Positions 10,729 through 21,885 of a stretch of DNA of 64,000 nucleotides are shown piece by piece. The position numbers and the translations under genes were made by a program. The notes below the pieces were generated by a model. The model was not told the DNA's origin, did no database searches, and saw only the letters and a program-made list of their open reading frames with translations. Source of the stretch: Rebecca billardiae RCC1528. Taxonomy: Eukaryota; Protista; Haptophyta. The stretch is taken from NCBI GenBank assembly GCA_965240325.2, contig OZ251243.1, positions 1,116,001 through 1,180,000 of the forward strand, read 5' to 3'. Each line of letters starts with the position of its first letter. Position 1 is the first letter of the stretch.

Positions 10729-13035
10729 ATGGCGCCCAAGCCCAACCCGAAGCAGCCGCTCGTGGCGTCGGGCGCGGCGCGCAGCGACGCGTCGTCCGGC
10801 GGCGTCGCCATCGGTGTCGAGGCGCAATCCTTCCCGTCGCGCAACCCGCCCGACCCTCGCAAGGCGCGCTGGATCACCGCGCGCACGGCGCTGTCGACGC
10901 TGCTGCTGCCGTGGCTGGTCGTCCCGGTCTTCGTGCTCGTGCCGCTGGTGCTGCTCTTCGTGCTGATTGGGGGGCTGCTGCCCGTCCTCTACGTCCTCAT
11001 CCTGCCGCTCGCCGTCTTCTGGGCGTACGTCTTTGGCTGGCTGCCGTGGGGCGACCTGTACGACCGCATCGTCTTCTTCGTGATCAAGGTCAAGCTCTTT
11101 GCCGGCGGCGCGCGCCCCACGCCGGGGACGCACATGGACGTGCGCCTGATGCGCCCGAAGCACGCGCTGAAGCGCGCCACCATCGCGTACGCGCTCAACC
11201 TCTCCGTGCCCGATTGGACGGAGGAGGACTTCATCTACTCGAGCGTGCGCGGTGTCGGGCAGGGCAGCAAGCTGGCCGCGTGGCTGAGCTCGCAGCTGCA
11301 CCGCCTGCCCGAGTACGTGCCGAGCACGCGCTTCCGGCCGGGCGAGGACCCGGTGAAGTTCGTGATGAAGTACCTCGGCGAGATCTACCCGCGCATCCTC
11401 GAGGAGTGGCCGGACAAGCAGTCCGACGAGGCGCTCGCGCGGCTGTGCGTGTCCGGGCTGGGCGCGCACCGGCTGGAGAAGGAGGGGCCCTTCTACGTGG
11501 TGCGCACCAACGCGATGGCGGGGCTGCCGGTGCGCCCGGGCCTCGGGATGTACGGCGGCGACTGCTACCTCGACGCCAAGTTCAACGTCGTGATGATCAA
11601 GAAGCAGGGCGGGCTGCACGGCCGGCTCGACAACAAGACGACCGTGCACCGGCCGGGCGAGCCCGACTGGCCGTACGCCAAGTTTGTGTTCCGCTCGTCT
11701 CTGTTCTCGCTCGTCACGCTGGCGGACCACCTGTACGGGCTGCACATGCTCGTGGCGAACGTGGCGGTGGGCGCGGTGCGCGAGCACCTCTCGGCGCCGC
11801 ACCCGCTCCGCCGCTTCCTCACGCCCTTCCTCTTCAACACCGTCACGGTCAACTGGAACGCGAAGACGAGCCTGATCCAGCCGGGCACGCTCGGCCCGCG
11901 CAACTTTGCGTTTGACGAGCACGCGACCGCGGTGGTGTGGGCGCTCGCGCCGGGGCTGGTGAAGCTGGGCGGGCTCGAGAAGGACGCGTTCGAGCCCGAC
12001 TTCGCCGCGTACCACCGCGAGCACGTCGCCAAGCCCGGGCTGAACACGCCGTTCCAGAAGGCGAAGCTGCGGCTGTGGGGAATGTTCTCAAAGTTCTCGG
12101 CCTCGTACGTTGACGCCTACTACCCGGACCGCGCCGAGCTGCTGCGCGACGGCGAGCTGCGCGCGTTCCTCGTCGAGCTGACGCACGGGTTCAGCACGGC
12201 GTTCAACAAGCTGGACCAAGCCTGGGTCGCCGACCTCGACGCGCTCACCGCCGACCAGGCCTACAAGCTCACGGTCTCCCTGCTGGCGCGCATCTGCTTT
12301 GAGGTGAGCGTAGGCCACGAGCACTGCGGCGCTGTGGGCGTGTACGCGCAGGACGTGTCCTTCTGCTCGTTCCGCTGGCCCGAGGGCGAGATGATGGCGA
12401 CCAAGGAGGCGGCGCTGCAGCAGGCGCGCGCGCCCGCCCCGCCGCCGCGCCCGCCCGCCCCCCCGGACCGCCGCGCCCCGCCCCGCCCCGCCGGCCGGTG
12501 CCTTGACGCGCGCGCGCCGTGCCGCGCGCCGCGCGCCGCGCCGCCGGCTGTTTGCGCCGCGCGTGTGCAGGCCGGGCTGATGGCGGCGACGTCGGAGCCG
12601 ATGCCCATGCTGATGAAGCGCGAGGGGTACCCGCAGGACGACTGGTCCTTCCTCTTCCCGGTGCGCGCCACGCGACCCTCTCGCACACCGCGCGCCAGCC
12701 GCTGCGCCGCCGCGCGACGCGGCTGCGCACGCAGCAGCCGCCACCGCGCGCGCGAGCGCGCGCACGCAGCGGTGTGCTGACGCGCGGCTGCCGGCTCGCC
12801 ATCGGCGCGCGCCGCGCGCGTGGGGGGGCGGGCTCGCCCGCAGGACGGCGCCGGCAAGGCGGGCGCCGTGCGCGCGTACGCCCAGTTCCAGGCCGAGCTG
12901 CGCGCGTACTCGGCCGAGTGCGACGAGAGCGTGAAGGGATGGCGGGAGAAATTCGCGGCCGGCAGCCGGAAGGCGCCCGACTGGCCTCTGTGGAAGACCA
13001 ACCCAAAGTACCACGAGTGCTCGATCTCCGTGTGA
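10729..13035 (+). CDS. LOX: Lipoxygenase with N-terminal hydrophobic anchor; exons 10729-12423, 12571-12660, 12844-13035
   Basis: LOX motifs: WPYAK, DHLYGLH (H-x4-H), HLSAPHPLRRFLTPF, TVTVNWNAKTSLI, third His in GHEHCG, and C-terminal CSISV*. Introns are 12424-12570 (GC-AG) and 12661-12843 (GT-AG). Confidence 0.88.
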
Positions 13036-13268
13036 GGCGGCGGGCTGGCGGGCGGCGCGCCCACGGGCGGGGCGAGCGCAGTGCCCCTGGCGCTGCTCGC
13101 GCGCCAGACCTGAGTCGTGCCAGCAGCCGGCCGCACGCGCGCGGCTTACTCATCATTGACAGTGGGCGTAATTCCCCGCCGCCCTTGAATTACGAGTCGT
13201 CTGTAGTCGTAGTATTCCATAAGCGCATGATGACGATGCATTATTGCTTAATATATATATATATATAT

Positions 13269-13772
13269 TGATTGGCACTTCGTGCGCTGGCGGAGGTTCG
13301 CTCTTTGGCGATGGTGGCGCAGGGGTCTCCCTGCTTCTGATCAGTTCGGTTTTTGTTGTGTGGCTGGTGTAGCTCCAGATCGCTGAGAAAAACTTTTGTA
13401 GGGTTCTCACGAAGGACTCATCCCAGAACTTTCGTGATTAGAAAGTTTGGAGATGCTTCTCGGCTTCTGATTGCGAAGGCACGTTCTCGGAATGATCTGA
13501 TAGTGCATTGCCCTGCGAAGGCTTGAGAACATCTCAGGAGCTTTGATTCCTGGATTGTTCCGCGACGCTTGTTGGCCATTATGAAATGCACGATGAATGA
13601 TGATGAATGAATTGGTGCACTGGACGTGAATAAAACCGACAGTTGAGGTCGATGATAAGGTTTTGAATTTGGAATGAAGCCTCAGCATGGTGGCGCTTAG
13701 AATTGCTCAGCGCCTTGAGATTGAAACCTCGAGCTGGGGAATGGCGCCAATGGCTGCCTTGGGCTTTTGACA
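13269..13772 (-). repeat. 3' LTR of the copia element
   Basis: TGATTGGCAC...GGGCTTTTGACA on the + strand; direct repeat of 20439-20942. Confidence 0.95.
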
Positions 13773-13781
13773 CGCCCCCTC
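13773..13781 (-). promoter_or_regulatory. Polypurine tract of the copia element
   Basis: GAGGGGGCG on the - strand immediately before the 3' LTR, overlapping the pol stop codon. Confidence 0.75.
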
Positions 13782-16700
13782 AATTCGAAACTGGTGCAAC
13801 CATGATGTCTCGGAATTTTGCAAACTTGTCCTTGGGTAGCGCCTTGGTAAGACAATCGGCGATGTTTTCCGATGTGTGTACCTTGATGATGTTGACTGCA
13901 CCGAGGTCGACACAATCTCGAATAAAATGGTGTCGTACGTCGATGTGCTTGGTGCGCTTATGATGGATGCTGTTCTTCGAGAGATCAATCGCCCCCTTGT
14001 TGTCCTCATGGATCACAATGGGCGTCTTGGGGATATTGAGAATATCGCTGATGATGTCGCGTAGGTAAACTGCCTCTTTGGCTCCTTCAGCGAGAGCGAC
14101 ATATTCGGCCTCACATGATGAGAGGGTTGTGATTGACTGCTTGAAGGTGCGCCACGATACTGGGCCGCCTGCGTGGAAGTAGATATAGCTTCCTGTCGAG
14201 CGGCGATCCTTTGTATCGTTGGCCCAATCCGAGTCCACAAACATCTCCGTCCGTGGCTGAGTAGGTGTTGATTTGAAAGTGATGCCGGAATTCTTTGTCC
14301 CGGCCAAGTACCTGAGCACTCGCTTGGCACCTTTAAGGTCGTTCGAACTTGGGCTTGCCATGTACCTTGCCAACATGTTGACTGCATAGCTGATGTCGGG
14401 TCGGCAGGTGTTCATGATGAATAGTAGCGCTCCGACGATTGCTCGGTAGGTCTTTGATTCCTCCGACGAGCACGATGATGAATCGTCTGTCTCGATTGAT
14501 GTCGGTTGCTCTGCTGCCGATCTGCATGGGTTGTCGACGGGCGTAATGTCGCTCATGTCGTGCCTCTTGAGGAGATCGGTGATGTACTGTGACATGGAGA
14601 TAGTCGTCGACTTGGGCCCCTGGGTGATATTCATGCCCAGGAACGTCGTTGCTGGTCCCAAATCCCGGAGGGTAAATTCTTTTCGAATTTCCTCAATAAT
14701 CGAGCTGGGCCTTGCGCTGTCGGGGGAGCTGCTCAGAATAAGCAGATCGTCCACGTACACTGCGATGACGTCGATGATGTCTCCGGAGATGCGGACGAAG
14801 ATGCACTCCGACTGTGCGAGTTTCTTGAATCCTTTCTCTCGCAGTTTCTGGCTGAGGCGGAGGTGCCATCGTCTGCCGCTCTGCTTAAATCCTGGAAGGG
14901 CCATATCCCAGTCGGCCGCGACCACATGCCCCTCAGGTGGCTTGAGAGTACACGGGTACAGCGGGGGTAGCGTAGTGTAGATCTTCAGGCCGTCCTCCAA
15001 AGGGGCTTGGAGGTACGCCGTACTCACGTCCGCGGAGTGGATGATCCAAGGTCTTTCTGGTGTTCGTAGCTCCGTCGTCAGTGCCAATAGGAGGCGTACA
15101 TTCTCGTACCGGATAGTAGGCGAGAATACCTCGTCGTAATTGACTCCTTGAATCTGGCGGAAGCCTTGACCAACCAATCTTGCCTTGTACCGTTCGATGG
15201 TACCATCTGGATTGGCTTTGACCTTGAAGACCAGCTTCGATGGGATAATTGCTTTCCCTTTGGGAACAACGACGGGCGTGAATGTGCCCAGTCTGTCGTG
15301 GGCCTCGTATTCTTCCATGATAGCCCTTGTCCAATCGGATGCTTGCTTGCTCTCCATCGCTTCCTTGAACGATGTAGGTACCGGGATATCTGATGCGAGC
15401 TGCGCGAGCTGCGCGCGCGCGCGCGCGCGCCGCGTCGACGGGAAGTATGACTTGCCAGTCATGTTGCGGGTCCGCTGTGGGCGACGATCGGCGGAGGGAG
15501 GAGGCTGCTTCGGCTGCGGCGGCGCGTTGCTGGGCGATGGTCCGCCTCCAGCTCCGGGGCCGTCTTCATCACCGTCGTCGTCGCCGTCATCTCCCTTCTC
15601 GTCGTCGTCGGGGCCGTCCCCGTCATCCTCGTCGTCATCGTCGTCTGATTTCTCGTCCGGCGGTGGTGGATCGTCTCCTCCGCGCTCGGAGCCGCTGTCG
15701 GCGTCGCTGCTGCTGCTGGCAAACTCTTCGTCGCCCTCCTCGATGGTGTTGCTGTCATGGGTCTTACCAGCATCTGCACCTTGAGGAGGTCGCCGAGCGC
15801 TCCACGCCAGCAGGGGGTCCCGAATTTCGCGGATCTCCTTGAAATGCGTAGAGATTCGATCCAAAATGACTTGCTCGTTGAACTTGACATGCCGAGTGAT
15901 GACGATTTTCCCGTCGTCGGCACTCAAAACGATGTATCCGTGCGATCGCTTGATGGCGCCTCGCTCGAAGATACCGTCAAATCCGTATCCCAATAAGATG
16001 CCCTCCCGCGCGCGCGGGAGTAGCTTGTTCTGCTTGTTGATCGACTGTACGAGGTAGATGCAGGGCGAGCCCCAGACTCTCAGCTTTTGCAGGAATGGCC
16101 CGGGCGAGGTGCCAAACATCAACTCGTGCGGTGAAACCAGCTTGCCATCGCTGGTAGGATGCTTGCTCATCAGGTTGCGTTGCGCGGCAGCGCACTTGGC
16201 TGCCCAATGCCACCATTTGTGGTGTACGCCTGAGAGGTACAGCATTGTCCTGGCGTCATTCATGATGACTCCGAGGCCACGTTCGGCGACGCCGTTCAGC
16301 TGCTGCGTGTGGGGGGGCGACATGTAGTTGCATAGCATGTCGTACCTGCGAAGGACTCGGTTCCAATTCTTTGAGTGTAACTCTCGGCCTCCGTCGAGGT
16401 GAATGGTGCATCCGGCGATGCCCTTGTTCTGCATGGTGGCGGATAGAGAGTTGGCTCCCATCTCGCTGGCCATGAGGTCGAGCTTCTCCGGCGCTTCAGC
16501 CTTGTTTTGCATGTCGTAGAAGCGCATGTATCCGGAAAAATCATCGATGAATAGAGTTCCCCACCTTGGAGTCTTGGCGGGCAGCCCGTTGATGGGCCCG
16601 ATGACATCGTTGTGGAGCATCTCGAGCGGTCGAGTTGTCCTCTCACGTGTGCCCGGGAACGGCTTAGCTTTGAACTTGGCAACGTCGGAGGGCTGGTACG

Positions 16701-17373
16701 TGCAGGGCGATGCCTCCGACATCTTGTCGTTCGCGCGGTAGGTTGCGCGTACACGCTTGATATCGGCGTATCCTAGTCTGGATTGCCAGAGCGTGATCTT
16801 TCGCCCGTTCTTGATCGGGTCGACGTCTGGTGGCATGTCGTCCGCGGTGGCGGGCATGGCTGTCTCGGCCTTGGGTACGACTGCCTTGAATCCGACAGTG
16901 TTGTCGGGGCGCAAATGAACCCTCTTGGGGCCGATGCGGATGTATGGTCGTTCGTCGAACACCACAGCCATTCCGGCCGCGGCGAACGCGTTGACTGAAA
17001 AGAGAGTAGTATCGAGATCTTCGACTCCGACTACGTTTTCCAGGCACACCGGCACGGTTGTGTCTGAGTCGGCGTCGAGTAAGTATACGTACATGTCGCC
17101 TGCCTTGGATGCGTGTAGCTCAATGTCGCGCTTGGCGACCTTGACAGACATGCTGATCGGGTGAGCATTGTGTAGCAGGCCGAGGTTGATATCGACAAAT
17201 GATTGGGACGCGCCCGAGTCCAGATACGCGTATTGCGTCGGCTCGAGATCTGCGTCATCGGGTTCCGGGTCGATGTCCTCGTCGTGCATCATCTGGGCTC
17301 GCGGCCTCCCCGCCCGCTTGGGGGGCGGAGGTACTTTGATGAACTTGCCGTCACGCCCGCCGGGCTTGGCGGG
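13780..17373 (-). CDS. pol: Copia pol region (protease, integrase, reverse transcriptase, RNase H), cut off from gag
   Basis: Protease YLDSGAS; integrase LHNDVIGP / HLDGGRE / NGVAER; RT RYKARLV / DVSTAYL / YVDDLL; RNase H DSDWA / EAEY / EDNKGA / KHIDVRHH / ADCLTK. Confidence 0.95.
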   Translation of the reverse strand, partial: PAKPGGRDGKFIKVPPPPKRAGRPRAQMMHDEDIDPEPDDADLEPTQYAYLDSGASQSFVDINLGLLHNAHPISMSVKVAKRDIELHASKAGDMYVYLLDADSDTTVPVCLENVVGVEDLDTTLFSVNAFAAAGMAVVFDERPYIRIGPKRVHLRPDNTVGFKAVVPKAETAMPATADDMPPDVDPIKNGRKITLWQSRLGYADIKRVRATYRANDKMSEASPCTYQPSDVAKFKAKPFPGTRERTTRPLEMLHNDVIGPINGLPAKTPRWGTLFIDDFSGYMRFYDMQNKAEAPEKLDLMASEMGANSLSATMQNKGIAGCTIHLDGGRELHSKNWNRVLRRYDMLCNYMSPPHTQQLNGVAERGLGVIMNDARTMLYLSGVHHKWWHWAAKCAAAQRNLMSKHPTSDGKLVSPHELMFGTSPGPFLQKLRVWGSPCIYLVQSINKQNKLLPRAREGILLGYGFDGIFERGAIKRSHGYIVLSADDGKIVITRHVKFNEQVILDRISTHFKEIREIRDPLLAWSARRPPQGADAGKTHDSNTIEEGDEEFASSSSDADSGSERGGDDPPPPDEKSDDDDDEDDGDGPDDDEKGDDGDDDGDEDGPGAGGGPSPSNAPPQPKQPPPSADRRPQRTRNMTGKSYFPSTRRARARAQLAQLASDIPVPTSFKEAMESKQASDWTRAIMEEYEAHDRLGTFTPVVVPKGKAIIPSKLVFKVKANPDGTIERYKARLVGQGFRQIQGVNYDEVFSPTIRYENVRLLLALTTELRTPERPWIIHSADVSTAYLQAPLEDGLKIYTTLPPLYPCTLKPPEGHVVAADWDMALPGFKQSGRRWHLRLSQKLREKGFKKLAQSECIFVRISGDIIDVIAVYVDDLLILSSSPDSARPSSIIEEIRKEFTLRDLGPATTFLGMNITQGPKSTTISMSQYITDLLKRHDMSDITPVDNPCRSAAEQPTSIETDDSSSCSSEESKTYRAIVGALLFIMNTCRPDISYAVNMLARYMASPSSNDLKGAKRVLRYLAGTKNSGITFKSTPTQPRTEMFVDSDWANDTKDRRSTGSYIYFHAGGPVSWRTFKQSITTLSSCEAEYVALAEGAKEAVYLRDIISDILNIPKTPIVIHEDNKGAIDLSKNSIHHKRTKHIDVRHHFIRDCVDLGAVNIIKVHTSENIADCLTKALPKDKFAKFRDIMVAPVSN

Positions 17374-18652
17374 ACTTTTCAAGCGTATCAAGGACATGAT
17401 GCTGCCAAGTCTCTTTTCGTACCTCGAGTCGAAAAGGCACATCGTGAACCCGAATGAGAATTTCCTGAATTTACATACTCTGCTCGAAATCTTCGAGCAC
17501 GAGCTGAACGTATCGACCATGTCGGAGCTCCGGGCTGAGTTCAAGAAGCTCTACCCGGACCGACCGACCCCGGTGAGCGGCCCTGAGATGATCAAGCAAA
17601 CGGTGGAGATGGTACGCGCATCACGCTATCGAGAGCTAGACGACGCCACACTCCTCGTGTTCAAGCTGTACAATGGGATGCACGAGCACCCAGAGGTCTA
17701 CTCGACCGTCATCTCTATTTACGGTTCAATGTCGCCCCAGCAATGCGTGGCGCAGACCGAACAGCTCACCGCCCAGATCGAGGACGCATACAGGCGTTGG
17801 ACTCAGTCGCCCAAGGGACGACAGGCAACGCAACGTGACCCCAAGCGGGGCGGTCCCGCGCACGCTCTCAATACTGAGGAGGCGGACCGCCGACAACCAG
17901 CCGTCACGTGCTCGCACTGCGGGCTACGCAATCACACCGCAGAGCGGTGCTGGAAGCTACATCCAGACTTGCGGCCACCCAGGCCGCCCGGTGCACCAAA
18001 ACAGGGCGGCTTGAAGTTGCCCTGTTTTGGTGCACCGGGCGGCCTGGGTGGCCGCAAGTCTGGATGTAGCTTCCAGCACCGCTCTGCGGTGTGATTGCGT
18101 AGCCCGCAGTGCGAGCACGTGACGGCTGGTTGTCGGCGGTCCGCCTCCTCAGTATTGAGAGCGTGCGCGGGACCGCCCCGCTTGGGGTCACGTTGCGTTG
18201 CCTGTCGTCCCTTGGGCGACTGAGTCCAACGCCTGTATGCGTCCTCGATCTGGGCGGTGAGCTGTTCGGTCTGCGCCACGCATTGCTGGGGCGACATTGA
18301 ACCGTAAATAGAGATGACGGTCGAGTAGACCTCTGGGTGCTCGTGCATCCCATTGTACAGCTTGAACACGAGGAGTGTGGCGTCGTCTAGCTCTCGATAG
18401 CGTGATGCGCGTACCATCTCCACCGTTTGCTTGATCATCTCAGGGCCGCTCACCGGGGTCGGTCGGTCCGGGTAGAGCTTCTTGAACTCAGCCCGGAGCT
18501 CCGACATGGTCGATACGTTCAGCTCGTGCTCGAAGATTTCGAGCAGAGTATGTAAATTCAGGAAATTCTCATTCGGGTTCACGATGTGCCTTTTCGACTC
18601 GAGGTACGAAAAGAGACTTGGCAGCATCATGTCCTTGATACGCTTGAAAAGT
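17374..18652. repeat. Perfect inverted repeat: arms 17374-18007 and 18019-18652 (634 bp), 11-nt spacer
   Basis: Mirror-image ORFs appear in the track (for example 17726-17917 on - and 18109-18300 on +). The centre reads CAGGGC-GGCTTGAAGTT-GCCCTG. Confidence 0.95.
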
Positions 18653-20438
18653 ACTTCCACCGATCGCTCGTAGACGATCGTCATCTGCATGATGGTGGTG
18701 TCCGCGTCCATGTTTGCGAATGCGGTTGCGTAAGGTTCCCGAATAGCATTTTCGGCTGTCCACACGGCTGCCTCGGCCAGCGCGTATCCGGAGAGCCTGG
18801 CCTCGACGAGGGTGACCATGGACGACGTAGTGTCGGTCGCTCTTCCCTTGTAGGAAGCCTTGACCTCGGTGACTGCGTCCTTGATCGCTCCGTGGATAGC
18901 CATTTTCGATTTGATTGTGAAGAAATTCAGCTTGTAGCTTCCGACGCCGAGCTGGCTTGTCTGCACAGCCATCATTGCATGTGCGTCGGGCAAGTAGGTG
19001 CAAGCTTCGCTTCCATTTCTGCGCGTTCGCGGTGACGCGTGGGGCGAGCTTGTCTCAATGTGGTCCTCTGCTGTGGTATAGCTGTCAATGTCCGACGTAG
19101 AGGACTCGTCCCCATGGCTGCTCTGCTGTGCGCTGTTGTCGGCGCCAGTCGCGGCAGGCGGGTAGTTTGTGCCATGTCCAGGTGGACCGTCGTCAGCTGG
19201 CGAGTGTCCCTCGCCTGCTTCAGAAGTCAGCCCATAGAACTCGTCGTGCAGTAAGCATGCGACACCTGGCTGTAGGAGTGCGTCGTTACAATGGAACATG
19301 AGATCAAACTTGCTTTGGTGAAGCTCGTCCCTTTCCCGCACATAGTCTCCAACTGTGTAGTTGTGACCTTGATGCCGCTCTGCGGCTGCTGCGATGAAGC
19401 CTCCCGATGGCCGCCGAGGGCAAATATCATCGAGGCTGGCGCCTGCGTCATTCACGACGCTCAGGCTGCGGCGATCAGCCGCTGCGACGGGTCCGTCCTG
19501 TTGGTGGACGTGAATGCCATCATCATCGATGTCAATCCCATCGTTCATCGCTGCAAACTGGATGATCTGCTCACATTCGAGCTGATGCTGAACCTGGATG
19601 GCGTCTGCGCATCGGTAGCTGCAGACTCTGCCCATCCCACAGATGTTGCACTCAAGAAGGCAATGCCTCGATGTGCACGACTGATTGTCGCACGGCTGGC
19701 ACGACGCTGGATCATCGTCATCAATCTCACTCCACTGGTTAGGCGTTGTCGCCGCGCCCTTGTAGGCGGGCGTAGAGTCCCAGCCGCTCGCATAGACGGA
19801 AGGGAGAATCTGGAACGTGAAGGAGGGGACATATGGGATCGAGTCGGTCGCCGACTGTCGTCCCTGTGTCTGACGCGCGCTGGGAATCAGCGTGGGGATA
19901 CTTTGCGCGTGCGCGGTGCGCGTGCGCGCGCCGCGTTTGGCCTCGCGTTGCGAGGTTTGGTGGTTGTGACCCCGCGGCTGGAGCGGGTCCCGCAGCGCAG
20001 ACGCGGCGCTGGGTGGCTCTGTGCGCTCCGCTCTCCACGCCCCGTCGTCGGGTGCGTGGTTGGAGTCCTTGTTGACCTTGAAGCGCCACTTGCGGCGCTT
20101 GACCTGTAGTACGCGTTGTCGCTGGGCTTTGCCGTCGCGGCCGCTGAGGTTGTGGTCTTGCTCGCTCCGCGGGGGATGTCCGAAGCGGTAGTCGAGGTTC
20201 TTGAACGAGCGCAGCTGCTCGTTCGAAGTACGCGTCCTCTCGCCTCGCGGCTGCTGCGAAGGTCGAGAGTGGTTGCGTTCCGGTCGGTCGCGTGACGCGC
20301 GCTTTGGCTGCTGCGCCGCCGGTCTGGTGGTGTCGTCGGTCAAATCCTCGCGGATGTCGACCTTCGAGTTCGGGTGAAACCGCGCGCGTCCGCGCGGTGT
20401 GTTCCCACGTTGTCCGCCGCGAAGCTCCCATGAGCTCA

Positions 20439-20439
<1 letters not shown>
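18007..20439 (-). CDS. gag: Copia gag with a long N-terminal extension (MYND-like finger) and a CCHC zinc knuckle
   Basis: The ATG overlaps the last base of the 5' LTR. Zinc knuckle CSHCGLRNHTAERC. Cys/His cluster at 19573-19701. Same frame as pol. Confidence 0.85.
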
Positions 20440-21867
<1,428 letters not shown>

Positions 21868-21885
21868 TATATTCAATCGATGATG

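Noticed and set aside
17168-18094. Apparent second gag gene on the + strand
   Set aside because: It is the inverted arm of the fold-back duplication read on the opposite strand, not an independent gene.
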